This document shows, piece after piece, positions 28,560 to 40,115 of a stretch of DNA of 60,713 bases. The notes beneath the pieces are model-generated. The model saw nothing but the letters and a program-made list of their open reading frames with translations, was not told the origin of the DNA and made no database searches. This stretch comes from Bigelowiella natans CCMP2755 (lineage: Eukaryota; Protista; Cercozoa), in NCBI GenBank assembly GCA_000320545.1, contig ADNK01002732.1:1-60713 (forward strand), in the 5' to 3' direction. Every line of letters starts with the position of its first letter. The first letter of the stretch is position 1. A program made the position numbers and the translations under genes.

Positions 28560-31535
28560 TGCATTGCGCAACGCACTACTGCATTTCAATGTGAATCGTC
28601 ATTTGGAATCCATGTGACTACCAGTTGAATGTGCACGTCTAGACGTGCTAGCGTGCTTCGCGTGTGTCGCATGCATCTTCACATTGCATGGCCATGTGCA
28701 ACATCATCTGAGCTTGCTGAATCGTTTGTGCATGCATGTTTGCGCAGCTAGTCTTGCAAGTGCAATGAACGTGATACCGCACACACTTCTAGACTTGCAC
28801 GTGCAAGCGCTGGAGCGCACCAGCGCACATTGTGAGTGCCTTCAAGTGAGCAACGTGCGTGCACTCATCCTAGCATTGCTGGCTCCCATGCACGTCGTGT
28901 CAAACTAGCATTGCTAGCTAGCTAGGTTGTGCAGGCAGCTAGTGATCCGACGTGACAATGAAGGGTCACGCAACAGCACTGGAGCAACAAGCTGCTCGAT
29001 GCAAAACCACGAGGAAGTGAGTTGCGAAAATGACCTTGTGTTGTTCAACCAGTTTTCGAGTTCCGAAAAAAATGAGAATCCTGATCGAACAAAGATCCAC
29101 TGCCCCCACTAGCCCACTGTGTGACCACCAAACCACAAAACGTTCGATTCGAAACCTGAGACGAAAAAAAAAACAAGAAGGCCACAGCATCGCCGTGCAG
29201 CACTGTGTTCAAAACACGTGCAACGCCCAAGCCTCAACGTCAGCAAGCTCGAGTGGCGCAGGGCAAGCTTGGAGTTCAACAACGACCCCCTCACACTGCG
29301 CAATGACAGCCAGGCAGCTCCACCTTTGCTGAACGAAGGTCAGGAGGGCGGGGGATTTCCGCAGAATTTGCACCAACCACCAAGCTGAGTTGAGGAGCTC
29401 CCGTCCCACGTGCTAGCGTGGTGTGCGCATCCACACTGCATCCTGGTGCTGCAAGTTCTTCGCTGGCTGCGGGCACAGCTAGGTGGATGGGCGTGAGTCG
29501 AAGCAAGCGAGAACGAGAGGAGCCAACGCACCTGCAGTGCCACACAGCCAGACCAGTGGACAGCAAGGCACAAGGATTGTTTCGTTCGCCCATTCATCCG
29601 TTCAATGAGGCGAACAAAGAACACGTGACATCCAGGGGAACAAGCAACAACGGTGAGCAGAGAGATTGGGAATGCCTCCAACTTGCACTCCTGGTGGTGG
29701 CAAGTAGCAAGGTGAACCAAATGTCGAAACGTTGAAACATTGCTGGCAACTTGGAAGACGCTGCGTGGCCCACCGCACCGGGCAAAAAACACAAAGAACG
29801 TGTGTGGTTGAATTCATGTGTGTCGCACAAACATTCTGTGTTTTCACAAACACGTGATCGTGACTTGCGTTCTCACGGTGATCACGAACACGTGCACACC
29901 AGGTCACGTGTGATGAAGAACGTGTGAACAGTGCCACACGTGCTGGCATGTTCGCACGTGTGTGCGCTGCACAGCCCGTTCAGAGCTGCAGAACGCGTCT
30001 CAATGAGTGAGCGGACAATGTGCCCCAGCAGACTTTTTGAACGAGTGCAGTTCTGGAGTTGCAACGAACAATGAACTTGACGATGGACCAATCTCGTGAA
30101 CAGTGAGAACGATGATGAAAAACCACGTTTCCAAAGTGTGACAAGACACTTGCAGTGTGCGAAGTGCAGTGCCTCGAATTGGCTTCAATGAGGACTGAAA
30201 ACTGTGCCTCGAACCAACTTCGTTTGGTGGGCTGGTGAGAACCAACCAGTGAAACAATGAAAAACAATGAAACAATGACGACAAACTGCACTTCCAAAAC
30301 GTTGCAAGACGTGAACAATGAACAATGATGATGAACTGCACTTCCAAATGTGGCGCTCAGTTTGCACGCCACGGCCGGACAGGCAGAGCGACGTCCATTG
30401 TGTGCGTGACCCACGACACACGACGTCCTGACGAGCGCGACACAAAACGTTGCAAGACACTTGCAGTGTGCGAAACGCAGTGCCTCGAACTGGCTCAAGT
30501 GAGACAGACCAACTGGAGAACCAGAAGGACCACACTTTCAAAACGGAACGAATGAACGAATTTGACGAAGACTGCACTTCCAAAACACGGCATGACGTTT
30601 GCAAGGTGCGAAACGCAGTGCCTCGAGCTGAGTTCAGCGAGGTCTGAAAACTTGTGCACGACCTGGACGACGCCATGGCAGTGCTGCAGCACTCGCAGCT
30701 GACGTGTTGGCTCATGCACGATGTGGATGCTGCTCCAGCCTGGACAAACATCGCTTCCTTGCCCTTTCCACGTTCAACAAGCAGCGCTTGACAGCTCTGC
30801 CAACTCTCCTGTCCACCAACTAGCTTCGAGCCTGAGGGCACGCCAAGTGGAACTTTGACCTCGTGGGAACCATCGCTGTCTTCGAACGCCAACCTGTCAA
30901 AGTGGTTGAGCGAACCCAGGGCGGACCAAACTTTGCACAACATTGCATCTCGAAGCACAACAGTGTGGGCACACTGCAACAGTGGGTGACGAAGATCCTC
31001 CACAGCGCCCAAGCCACACATGCAACAACAATGAACAATGAACAATGATGATGAACTGCACTTCCAAAATGTTGCAAGACATTTGCAGAGTGCGAAACGC
31101 AGTGCCTCGAACCAACTTTGGTGAGGGCAATGACTGGTGAACTAGCAGATTTTTTGAATGAAGCTGAGCAAGCTGCATGTCATTGTGAGACAATGTGACT
31201 GGCAGCAATGTGGCGAAGGCGCAAGGTGTCAACTCTGATCAGGAACTTCCTGAACGCAACATCCACCCGACGATCCACGTTGGGATCATCCGAAGGAGCA
31301 CCCAGCAAGACTCTGGTCTTGACAGAGTCAGGAGCATCAAAGAATGAGGAACAGGTAGGAGAATCCGGGCCCAGAGCCACTCTCATGCTCGAGAAAAGTG
31401 TGTTCCTCTCAGCATTCAAGTGAGCACAATGATGGATGAGGTGGTTGACACTTTGAACAACTTCAGCATCACAAAGAGGACAGACTGAGGAAGAGGGGGG
31501 CAGATTGTGGATCTTGGCCCTGTGTTCTTCAGTTT
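28560..31535. repeat. TpA-depleted degenerate repeat/TE block
   Basis: Internal repeated modules, decayed ORFs and only 7 TA dinucleotides in 28981-31530. Confidence 0.8.
30130..31115. repeat. Dispersed ~60-bp module ACTGCACTTCCAAAAyGTTGCAAGAC...TGCGAAACGCAGTGCCTCGAAC, about 5-6 partial copies
   Basis: Copies near 30131-30180, 30286-30310, 30336-30348, 30445-30492, 30571-30626 and 31056-31112, several preceded by (AACAATG)n. Confidence 0.8.
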
Positions 31536-31575
31536 CGTAAGTGCAACTGTCGTCGTCGTCGTCGTCGTCGTCGTT

Positions 31576-31610
<35 letters not shown>

Positions 31611-31622
31611 CACAGATTTTTG
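31146..31622 (-). mobile_element. 5'-truncated non-LTR retrotransposon (LINE) 3' fragment with candidate target-site duplication
   Basis: ORF2-type C-terminal CCHC knuckle CPLCDAEVVQSVNHLIHHC followed by an ...LLG...VDVAFRKFL tail and stop at ~31180. Short 3'UTR and A6 tail. Flanking direct repeats CAGATTTTT(T)G at 31146-31156 and 31613-31622. Confidence 0.75.
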
Positions 31623-32786
31623 TCGGAGTAGTCAGTGGTTGTTGTTCCGATGAATAGTTTCCACAATGTTGTCTAGGTACTAACATGTCGCAGGTGTACT
31701 CATACTACAAGCGATGATGATGGATGATGACGATGATCATCATCATCGGTTATACTGATCTATTCCATGCTTCTTTCTACAAAGGGAGGAGAACAGTAAA
31801 CAGGAGCTCATAATTGAAACGAGAGGATCAATCCCACCGTTTGAGGGAAAAGACAGAGAGGCGGAGTGCGGTACTCACAGCAGCTCCAAACTGCTGTGTG
31901 TGAAAACAGCATTGTTCCGAGAGAACAGCCGCACGAAGGTGGAATACGACAGCAGCAGCCAAAAGCACTAGCACAGAAAGACCTCCATCACTCTCATTGG
32001 TATTAGCTCTCACATGATCTCGCAACTTGTTACATGATGGAATAGGCGGCAGCGAGAATAATAATTCGTCTACTACTACGCAAATGAACTTGCGTTGTAT
32101 CATCGACAGTATCTTGCAATTTATCATATATTCAGATGCACTATGGTGGAATCATAGCTCTAATTTTCGCAACAGTGGTTCGATGCAATATCACACAACG
32201 GCCAGGTGCATATATGTAAACAGACCTCAGTATAGAATGTTATACTTAAACAGACCTACTCGAATCATAGCCCAGTATAGAATGTTATACTTCGCGCCTC
32301 TCAACACTCGAAACATCAACCGTTGGCATGCTCTTCGACCATCCAAAAGCACATTGTCTGTTGGCTATATTCCCTAGGAGCAGGAGTGGTGGTATGGGAA
32401 GCAAAGGGGACTGAAAAGACACAGAACCAAATCAAAGGAGGAGGAGTATCTAACAGTCAACAAACTAATGCACAGAACCAAATCAAAGATGGATCTCAGA
32501 GCCAAACAAATCGTCGATCAGCAAATGTCATGGCTGCCCTAATATAATTCTACTTACCCAAGTTTCACTCATCATTTCCTCATATTTTCTCCTATGGTGT
32601 TCTTACTCTTTTCACTTGTTTGTATGCTTACTTTATTTATTCAGAAGCAAGCAAAATTGGGAACTAGGACCATAAATTCTCCTTTTCCTGCTGCTACAAT
32701 CATCACTTCAACTGCCACTAACCGCAGTCTTTGCCATACAGGGCAAGTAAAAGAAGCTAGGCGCCTCTTGTACTACGAAACAACAA

Positions 32787-32818
<32 letters not shown>

Positions 32819-32945
32819 GTAAACCATTCATATAATCATTCATTACTACAGCTAGCTATATTTGTTTGATAAACGCGTCATATTCTCCGAAGTAAAAAAC
32901 TTGTTTTTATTTATTTTTTAAAATCGTTTCTCCCTTACGGATAGG

Positions 32946-35900
32946 ATGAGCAATTTAGATAAAAGATTGGCAACTCCAGATTCTAAAACAGCTAAGCGCA
33001 TTAAGAGACAGATAAGATTAGCGAAAAAAAAGGATTGGCTCTCAGGTATCTTTTCCAACAATCATAGTGTGTCATGATTTTAATTGAATAATAGATGGCC
33101 AACAATTTGCAATTTGTAGTAGTTGACGATATTATTGTAAGATAGTGTAAATGGGCAGGGGTTGGAAAAAGAAAGGGGAAATATATTTGAAATTCAATAT
33201 CAATGGTTATCGCCAGGCAAAAAACATCAGAAAGTGAGGGCTGAACGTGCTTCCGAGGTTGCGTACTTCATCATTAGATAACAAGAATATCACAAGACAA
33301 TAGAAAGAATCCGCCATGATTTATACAAGAACACTAGTAGTAGGATAAAAGTGCAAATCATTCAGAAAAGGGAGAGGATGGTTCTGATTTCTCTTGAGAA
33401 ATAGAAGTCATATAAGTGTGATCAATGCAATTAAGCAGCCACATAATAAATTATTTCCAATGTAATAAAAGGCATATTTCCGATTACTGAGAAGAAGCTC
33501 ATCCAACATCCTCCTGACGAAAAGTGAAATTAAAGAGTCGATTTTTGTAAGGGATTTGAAGGTTGTTCTCACTCTCTATATTGTCTATTTTTCAACTGCA
33601 ATCAGGGAAAATTACTCATCAACTATTAGATAATTATATTAACCATTTTGCTGCTGTGGAAAATGAATGAACAATTGATTTTCTTGTTCTGTCATCTCAT
33701 TACTTACTATCAACAAGGCAAAATATTTCCGATGGATAAATGAAAAACTATATAAGATATCAGGAAGGCAGGTCGACGTGAGCATTAATTATGATGCACA
33801 GCTGTTGCATGTGATATGTCTTGTCGTAGATTCCTATGAAAGTCGGATGATGAGGTGGAATCTACGATCTTATTCATTATTGCAAGGATGATGATAATGG
33901 CCACCAACTGAGCTATATATGAACTTAATCCCGTCGATATTATTTTTATATACTCCTCATTCTCATCATAGAGTCGTGAATACCATCCATCATTATCATC
34001 AAACTCATCATAACAATCTTTTCGTTTTCTAATTTCGTTGGAATACAGGGTTTAAGACTTTTCAAAGGTGACGATGCTAGAAATTCGACCCCTGCAATTT
34101 TCGAGGCTTATCTTGCCGGTTACTCTGCACAGGTAGCAAGTTGTTATAATTATGTTTATTTCTGATGCAAAGTCTGTATCAGTATTCGTAAGATATAAGA
34201 GACTACTCTCATACATATCAATCTCTCAGAACTTTAGTAAGATTACATACACGTATTGGAATGTTGTAATTATTTATTTGTAGGTGTCAACATGGCCGCT
34301 AAACCCAACTGATGCAGCAATTGAGTTTTTCAAGGTGGTTTGGTTGTTATTAGCTGAAATTATGTGTATGAAATGATCAAGTACTACCCAACTTATATAT
34401 GTCGTACCATTTTTATTGTGAAAGCATGCGTGGAAATGCTCGGATAAAGCTAATAATTAAATAACCGTATTCATTACATTAAGAAGCAGAGGTTTAGGAG
34501 AAAGGATGAAATCATACTTGAAGTTTTAAATATTGGTTCTATATTTTTACCCTAATGCCTCCTATCTTCCTCGTTTTTTTCTTATTTCTTTCAGAGGTTT
34601 CCACCACACTGGAAAATAGCTGATTTTGGATGCGGAGATTGTAGGTGATGAATTATGTATCGAGAGTAAAGTTAACTCTTATTTTTCGTACAGTTCCGAT
34701 ATCAAAATTTCCATATACTTATTTCTTATTAGGTTTTCAAAGGAAGTGCCTCAAAATGTAAACAGATTCTTGTAGCAATATATCTTGAAACTTATTATTG
34801 ATCCTTGAAGCAAGCAATCATCCACCAATACGATCTGTTCTAATTCTTTATTGATTTCACAAGAAATTTATTGACGTTTTATAGAGTCTTCGAACATATA
34901 GACTCTCAAGTTTTGATCAAATGTTTAAAGTGCAAAAATTCTATTTTATGAACATTAAAATGTCCAAATTACATTTTTTAAATCAGTTTTCAAATCCTCA
35001 TTCTGTAATCAGGTTCGTAATGTGGATCTTTATTCTTCAGCTGGCGCTAATGGAAACAACGTGACGATTTGCTCAATGGCACAGGTGGTCAACAATTACT
35101 TGTTTATTGGATCTGAATAATCTGTTCAACCATGTGCTTTGACTGGTAACATGAAATTTTACTATCACTTCTTTTGCTAACTAAATGCGTGGGAAATAAA
35201 ATTTCTGGGAAAGTAAAGAATTTACATTTTTGTATTGACTACAAGTTTCGTTAGTTATATTCATAAAATGTAGTGTAATTCATTATGCGGGAGTTTGATT
35301 GTATCCTACTTAAAATTATAGACGCCTTTTACGACTGAATCTTTTGACGCAGTAGTGATGTGCTTATCTCTAATGGGTAAAACCAACGTATTGGCATCAT
35401 TCGTTGTTACTTACGTACGCTTGTTCAGAAATATCAGGAAAAATTTTGTGAAAAGATAGAATTGTTGCATCTATTTACTAATATATAATACCTGAATTGT
35501 CATTTTGAAATGATCGGTGCTCTTTTTTTTTGGTATTTTATGTTTCTCCCTTCATATAGATCTCAATTATTTTCAATGGTGTAACACATAATGCAATTTA
35601 TCAATCAAGATAATTCTTATGAATTATTTAAAATGTACAGGAACGGACTATCCATTATTTCTTCGAGAAGCATGGCGTGTCTTACGACGTGATAATGGAA
35701 TTTTATGGATTGCAGAGGTAGGTACTGATCCAATAGAAATGTTGCATTCGTATTTAGGCAACTTAGGAAATTTTCATAATTTTGTGGTGGGATTTATAGA
35801 TAAGTAACATACGCACATATGCACATATGTACATTTAGATAATGCATAACAAGCAAAATTTATGATTCATTTACTATTATCACATACATGCATATTTATG

Positions 35901-36378
35901 ATATGAATTCATACAAAATTAATAAAACTACACTTATTATGTCCTGATTTGGTCATATATCAATACATGCCTAGTATAGATGCATAAATTTGTTTCAAAC
36001 CTCACAATTCCTTTTTGGATCTAATGTGTTATTTTATTACTGATGCTATTTCATAAAGGTTCGTTCCCGATTTGAATCATCAGATGGCAAAAATTTAATT
36101 CTTAAAGCGTTCAAAAAGGCAATGAATCACATAGGGTACTAAATATTGACTGCTTCCTCCACAAATGCATACTATATGTAATTAACAAATGTACACCGTG
36201 TGCATATATTAAATTTAATGCTTTGCCACGTTTCTCCTTTTTCTCCCTCTCTTTCTATGTAAGATTAATCGATCGCAAAGACATGTAATTTATATGTATT
36301 CGAATCTATGTCTCTCAATATTGGAAATTTGTCTGAAGCATCTTTTGTACCACACAGACATATATGCATACAAACATA

Positions 36379-36438
<60 letters not shown>

Positions 36439-36741
36439 TAGTGCTATGTGTGTGTGTGTGTGTGTGTAACCCTAATATCAATACTTCGTACATATTCACA
36501 TATCAGATTTCAATTAACAGTTGAAGAGAGGCCTAGCAAGATGTTTTTTGTAATGGTTGTCTTCTAATTTGTTAAGTCTGAACTAAAAATTGTGTCGGAG
36601 AGTTGATCACACCAAAGTTTGCCTATTTTTGGTCTACAGGTTTTTAGAAAATCGCTAAGTAAAAACTTTGAGGATGAGAATAGTGAAGTACTAGGAGATG
36701 ATGATAGCAAATGGAAGAAACCAAAGAGGATAAAACGGTAA
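32946..36741 (+). CDS. RRP8: Ribosomal RNA-processing protein 8 (25S rRNA m1A methyltransferase); multi-exon
   Basis: AKYFRWINEKLY, AYLAGYSAQVSTWPLNP, KIADFGCGD (SAM motif I), FDAVVMCLSLMGTDY, FLREAWRVL, LWIAEVRSRF, SKMFFVM; stop 36739-36741. An additional 5' exon is possible. Confidence 0.93.
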
Positions 36742-38013
36742 AACTAAGCAAAGTTTTGATAAGCCTTGTCTCTGAAGTTGCTCTTACACAAATTGGGGTT
36801 GATTTTGCGATACCACTCACTTAGATCATCTTGGCCCCGTCTAAAGATTTGCGAATTTCGAAAGCGACAACCAAAGAATTTCATCATTGCACGTCAAATA
36901 GCTGAAAGGGGTAGAGGAACAGCATCAAAGGCAACGGTAGCATCCAGCCGGAAAAAGCACTTTAAATGACCAAGTGTTCATTTCTTTTATTTGTTCACTG
37001 GTGTAGCAACTTGTTGCTTCAATTTAACGGCATCTTCTTTCTTGGTAGTGCAGATGCACGCAGTGAAACACAACCACGCTGTGTTCGTAGGAATGATGTT
37101 GTGCAAACACTTCACGTGGACCACACTTTGCCGCGTTGTGTCTACATGGAGTTGATGTCATCTCAAAATCTCAATGCGACTTTTTGGCACATAGCAAAAC
37201 ACCACGCGCACCAAGTAGACACCAAGTCAGGCGAGACGTTGCGCATGCATTCTTGCAAATCTTCACGAAGTGAACAATTCACATCAATTCAGTGTGGCTC
37301 TTTGTGCATCGCGCAACGTTGTCACAACTGGGTGAAACGCGGGAATTCCACGGTTTCGCATGTTTCCTGCAAGAACTGAAGCAATGCAGCGGGACTGCAC
37401 GATTTGTGTGCAATGAAAAACACGTTTTGGCTTGCAGGTAGAGAAAAAAAAACTCAATTTTCAAGTGTGCTGCAAGTCAATTTGTTTGTGACAAAAAGGC
37501 CTGAAAAAAAAGCGCAAAATTTCGAAGTGACTGAACCTAAAATTTCGCAGCTTTCTCATTTTCGTCATGCCTGGTGCTCCCGGCTGTCTGTCATGATGGT
37601 CGTGTGCTCAAGCGTGATGCTTTCAGGTTCACTTTCTGATCGTGCCAGCGTGCGTGCAGATTGCACCGAAATCATCAGAATTTTCTGCAATTGGCTCACA
37701 GACGCGCTGCTCGTCAATGCTTGTTGTTGCACGTTGATGTGATCAAAGCTTTTGAAAACAAAACACTGAAACCCTGATCATGAAAACACATTGTGAGCTT
37801 GAGCATGCATGCTGAAACAAGCTCCCAAGAGGACATCACCGCTCGCACGCGGGTCTTTTGACTTTTGCGCGCGCGTTTCACTTTGCTGCAACTAGCTCAG
37901 TTGAACACATCACATCACGCCATTTTTGGATTGAAAAGGCAACATTTTCCCCCAACATCATTTCGCCAACTTGTGCTGCAAAAGTTCCCTTTTGCAACAC
38001 AACATCTTCCATG

Positions 38014-38150
38014 TCGCACTGGCCCAAGCGGGGCCAAAATGCCAAACTCACCAACCACTTTCGCACTGGCCCAAGCGGGGCCAAAATGCCAAACTTGCTG
38101 ACCACTTTCGCACTGGCCCAAGCGGGGCCAAAATGCCAAACTTGCCAACT
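38014..38150. repeat. 47-bp tandem repeat x3 with GGCCCAAGCGGGGCC hairpin-like core
   Basis: Units start at 38014, 38061 and 38108. Confidence 0.95.
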
Positions 38151-38451
38151 CATTTTGTCCCCCCAGCATGCATCTGACACACTGCCACTGAAACTAAACC
38201 AGAACAAAACTGCATCACAAATGCAAGCACACGCTTGGTGGTCATGACCGACCACATTTTCGGCCTTTTTTGGCTCTTCCAGAACACTCACGCAATTCGC
38301 CTGCTTGTGGTGCCCACGGCTCGGGTGAAGCAGTGCGGTGCCTGCACGTGTCCCCCACTCCAGCACTGCCCGAATGGCTGCAGACGTCTGGTTCGCCTGG
38401 TCACAACGAGTTGCAGTGCTGCCTTTGCGTGGCAGTCAGCAGTGTCGGCGA

Positions 38452-38745
38452 TGAACAATGAACAATGAATGAATGAATGAATGAAGCATTGATCAAATTT
38501 GCATGCGCGAGAACCACATGGGAGACAAGCGTGTGCGTGCTAGCGTGTGACAGAGCCTCAACAACAGTCTACAACTGAACCTTTCTCGTGTGCGAGCAAT
38601 GAACAATGAACAATGAAAAAAGCGTTGATCAAATCTGCATGCGCCAGAACAATGAACAATGAACAATGAAGAAAGCGTTGATCAAAACTACATGCGCCAG
38701 AACCACATGGGAGACAGGCCAGAACCATCAACAATGAACAACTGT
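38452..38745. repeat. Three related modules (AACAATG)n...AGCRTTGATCAAA..CATGCGC.AGAACCACATGGGAGAC
   Basis: Copies at ~38452-38530, ~38598-38650 and ~38650-38720. Confidence 0.85.
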
Positions 38746-39132
38746 GTTGTTTTGTGTGTTGTGCTGCTTCTGCAACAACACAATGAACGGACGTTACTCT
38801 CGGGTTCTTGTGCGGTGTTGAGACGACGACTTGGTGAAATCACGAATTTGTGTTCAAATTGCACTGCATCTCTCCTATCGTCAAACCATTCAGTACTCGT
38901 ACCACCCTCCTCCCCCCTCCTCCGGAAGAAGAAAGAAAACATTCGAAAATTCGTTCAACCAACCTTCGAGAGGACTTAAGCTATAACGATCATCAAATCC
39001 GTTCTACTTTAGCATCAACATTTGTCTTCAATCAACAAAGAAATTTCAACCTCATTCCTCACATTTCCACAAACCTGGAAAAACTCGGAACAACGTCGTT
39101 TAAGGGCAATAACTCTCTCAAGAGGATTCAAA

Positions 39133-40115
39133 ATGTCCACCACAACATTAAAGTTTTTCAGCCTTGTTTTGGCTTTTTCCATAGCTTCCGCTGCTCATTC
39201 AACGAGGGTGCATCCAACGAGGGCGACAACTCAGCACATAGTTGGGCTTCTCAAGCCACATTTCAGAAAAAGTATGATGATACCGATTTCGAGACCAGTA
39301 GTACCGTTGACGAGAAGTAAAGCATGGGATTTGAAAGAGGGAATAGGCATGTTAGAAAGCCTTAAAAGCGACATTTTGGCGAAAAATAACATTGTAGACA
39401 GATATCGTAACATCATTGAAACAGGTTGCACAAGTAAACTGACTGAGAAACATCTTCATGACGGTTATAAGATACTTGATGTGCGTCCAAACTGCGAAGT
39501 CAATGACATTTATCCAAGAGGAAGTGTTCATGCAGAGTTTTCTTCATCATACAATAAAGATGGATCAAAATCATTGCCCATCCCCAATTTGGATTTCATT
39601 GAAAAAGTAGAAGAGATAGGTGTTTCTAGAGAGGACAGAATATTAGTGGCATGCGGAGATGGACCCCTCTCATTTATTGCATGTAAAAAACTTAGGGATG
39701 CAGGTACTACATATTCAATGCCAATACAAAATTGTTTCCACTTAGTTTATTCGGCAACCTCTCTGAGTCTACATCTACATTCATCTTAGGCTTTAATAAT
39801 GCTAAATGGTTAATTGGAGGGTTGGCAGGAGTACCAGAGCAAGTTTTGATAAACGATGGATATGAGGCTGGTGATGCCTCTAATGATGAGTATGCGAACC
39901 TTATTCGACGGAAAGCTCAAAGAGCCTTTCGTACAATAAACTGTGTTAAAAGTAGTCCTCGTAGGAGTGTGCCAGAATGCAGAGCATCGGGAGAGAAGGA
40001 TGCTAATGCAGAAGGGCATGAATTTATTGCAATGGAGTCCAATTTGGCAGGCTTTGTGGATAATGTTATCATACGCGCATTGTTGGATCAGATAAAGTCT
40101 GTTTCTGGATATTAG
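39133..40115 (+). CDS. Rhodanese-like (sulfurtransferase) protein with bipartite plastid leader; 2 exons
   Basis: Signal MSTTTLKFFSLVLAFSIASA plus transit-like region; ILDVRP...RGSVH...ILVACGDGPLS...KLRDAG|FNNAKWLIGGL. Intron ~39704-39790; active-site Cys retained. Confidence 0.88.

Larger units (their letters stand above)
36960..38790. repeat. Second TpA-depleted repeat/TE-like block
   Basis: 6 TA, all CTA, in 37441-38790. Contains decayed ORFs, a 47-bp tandem repeat and repeated terminal modules. Confidence 0.8.

Noticed and set aside
28981-31530. CpG methylation-deamination as the cause of the TG/CA excess
   Set aside because: CG is abundant while TA is absent, the opposite of the expected outcome. 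It remains a formal alternative only for individual CA/TG polymorphisms.
31690-32900. Possible additional gene between the LINE and RRP8 (coding-like frames on both strands)
   Set aside because: Could not assemble a consistent exon chain or recognise a domain.
38014-38150. Possible CRISPR-like repeat (also 24550-24670)
   Set aside because: Eukaryotic context, tandem units without unique spacers, no cas genes.
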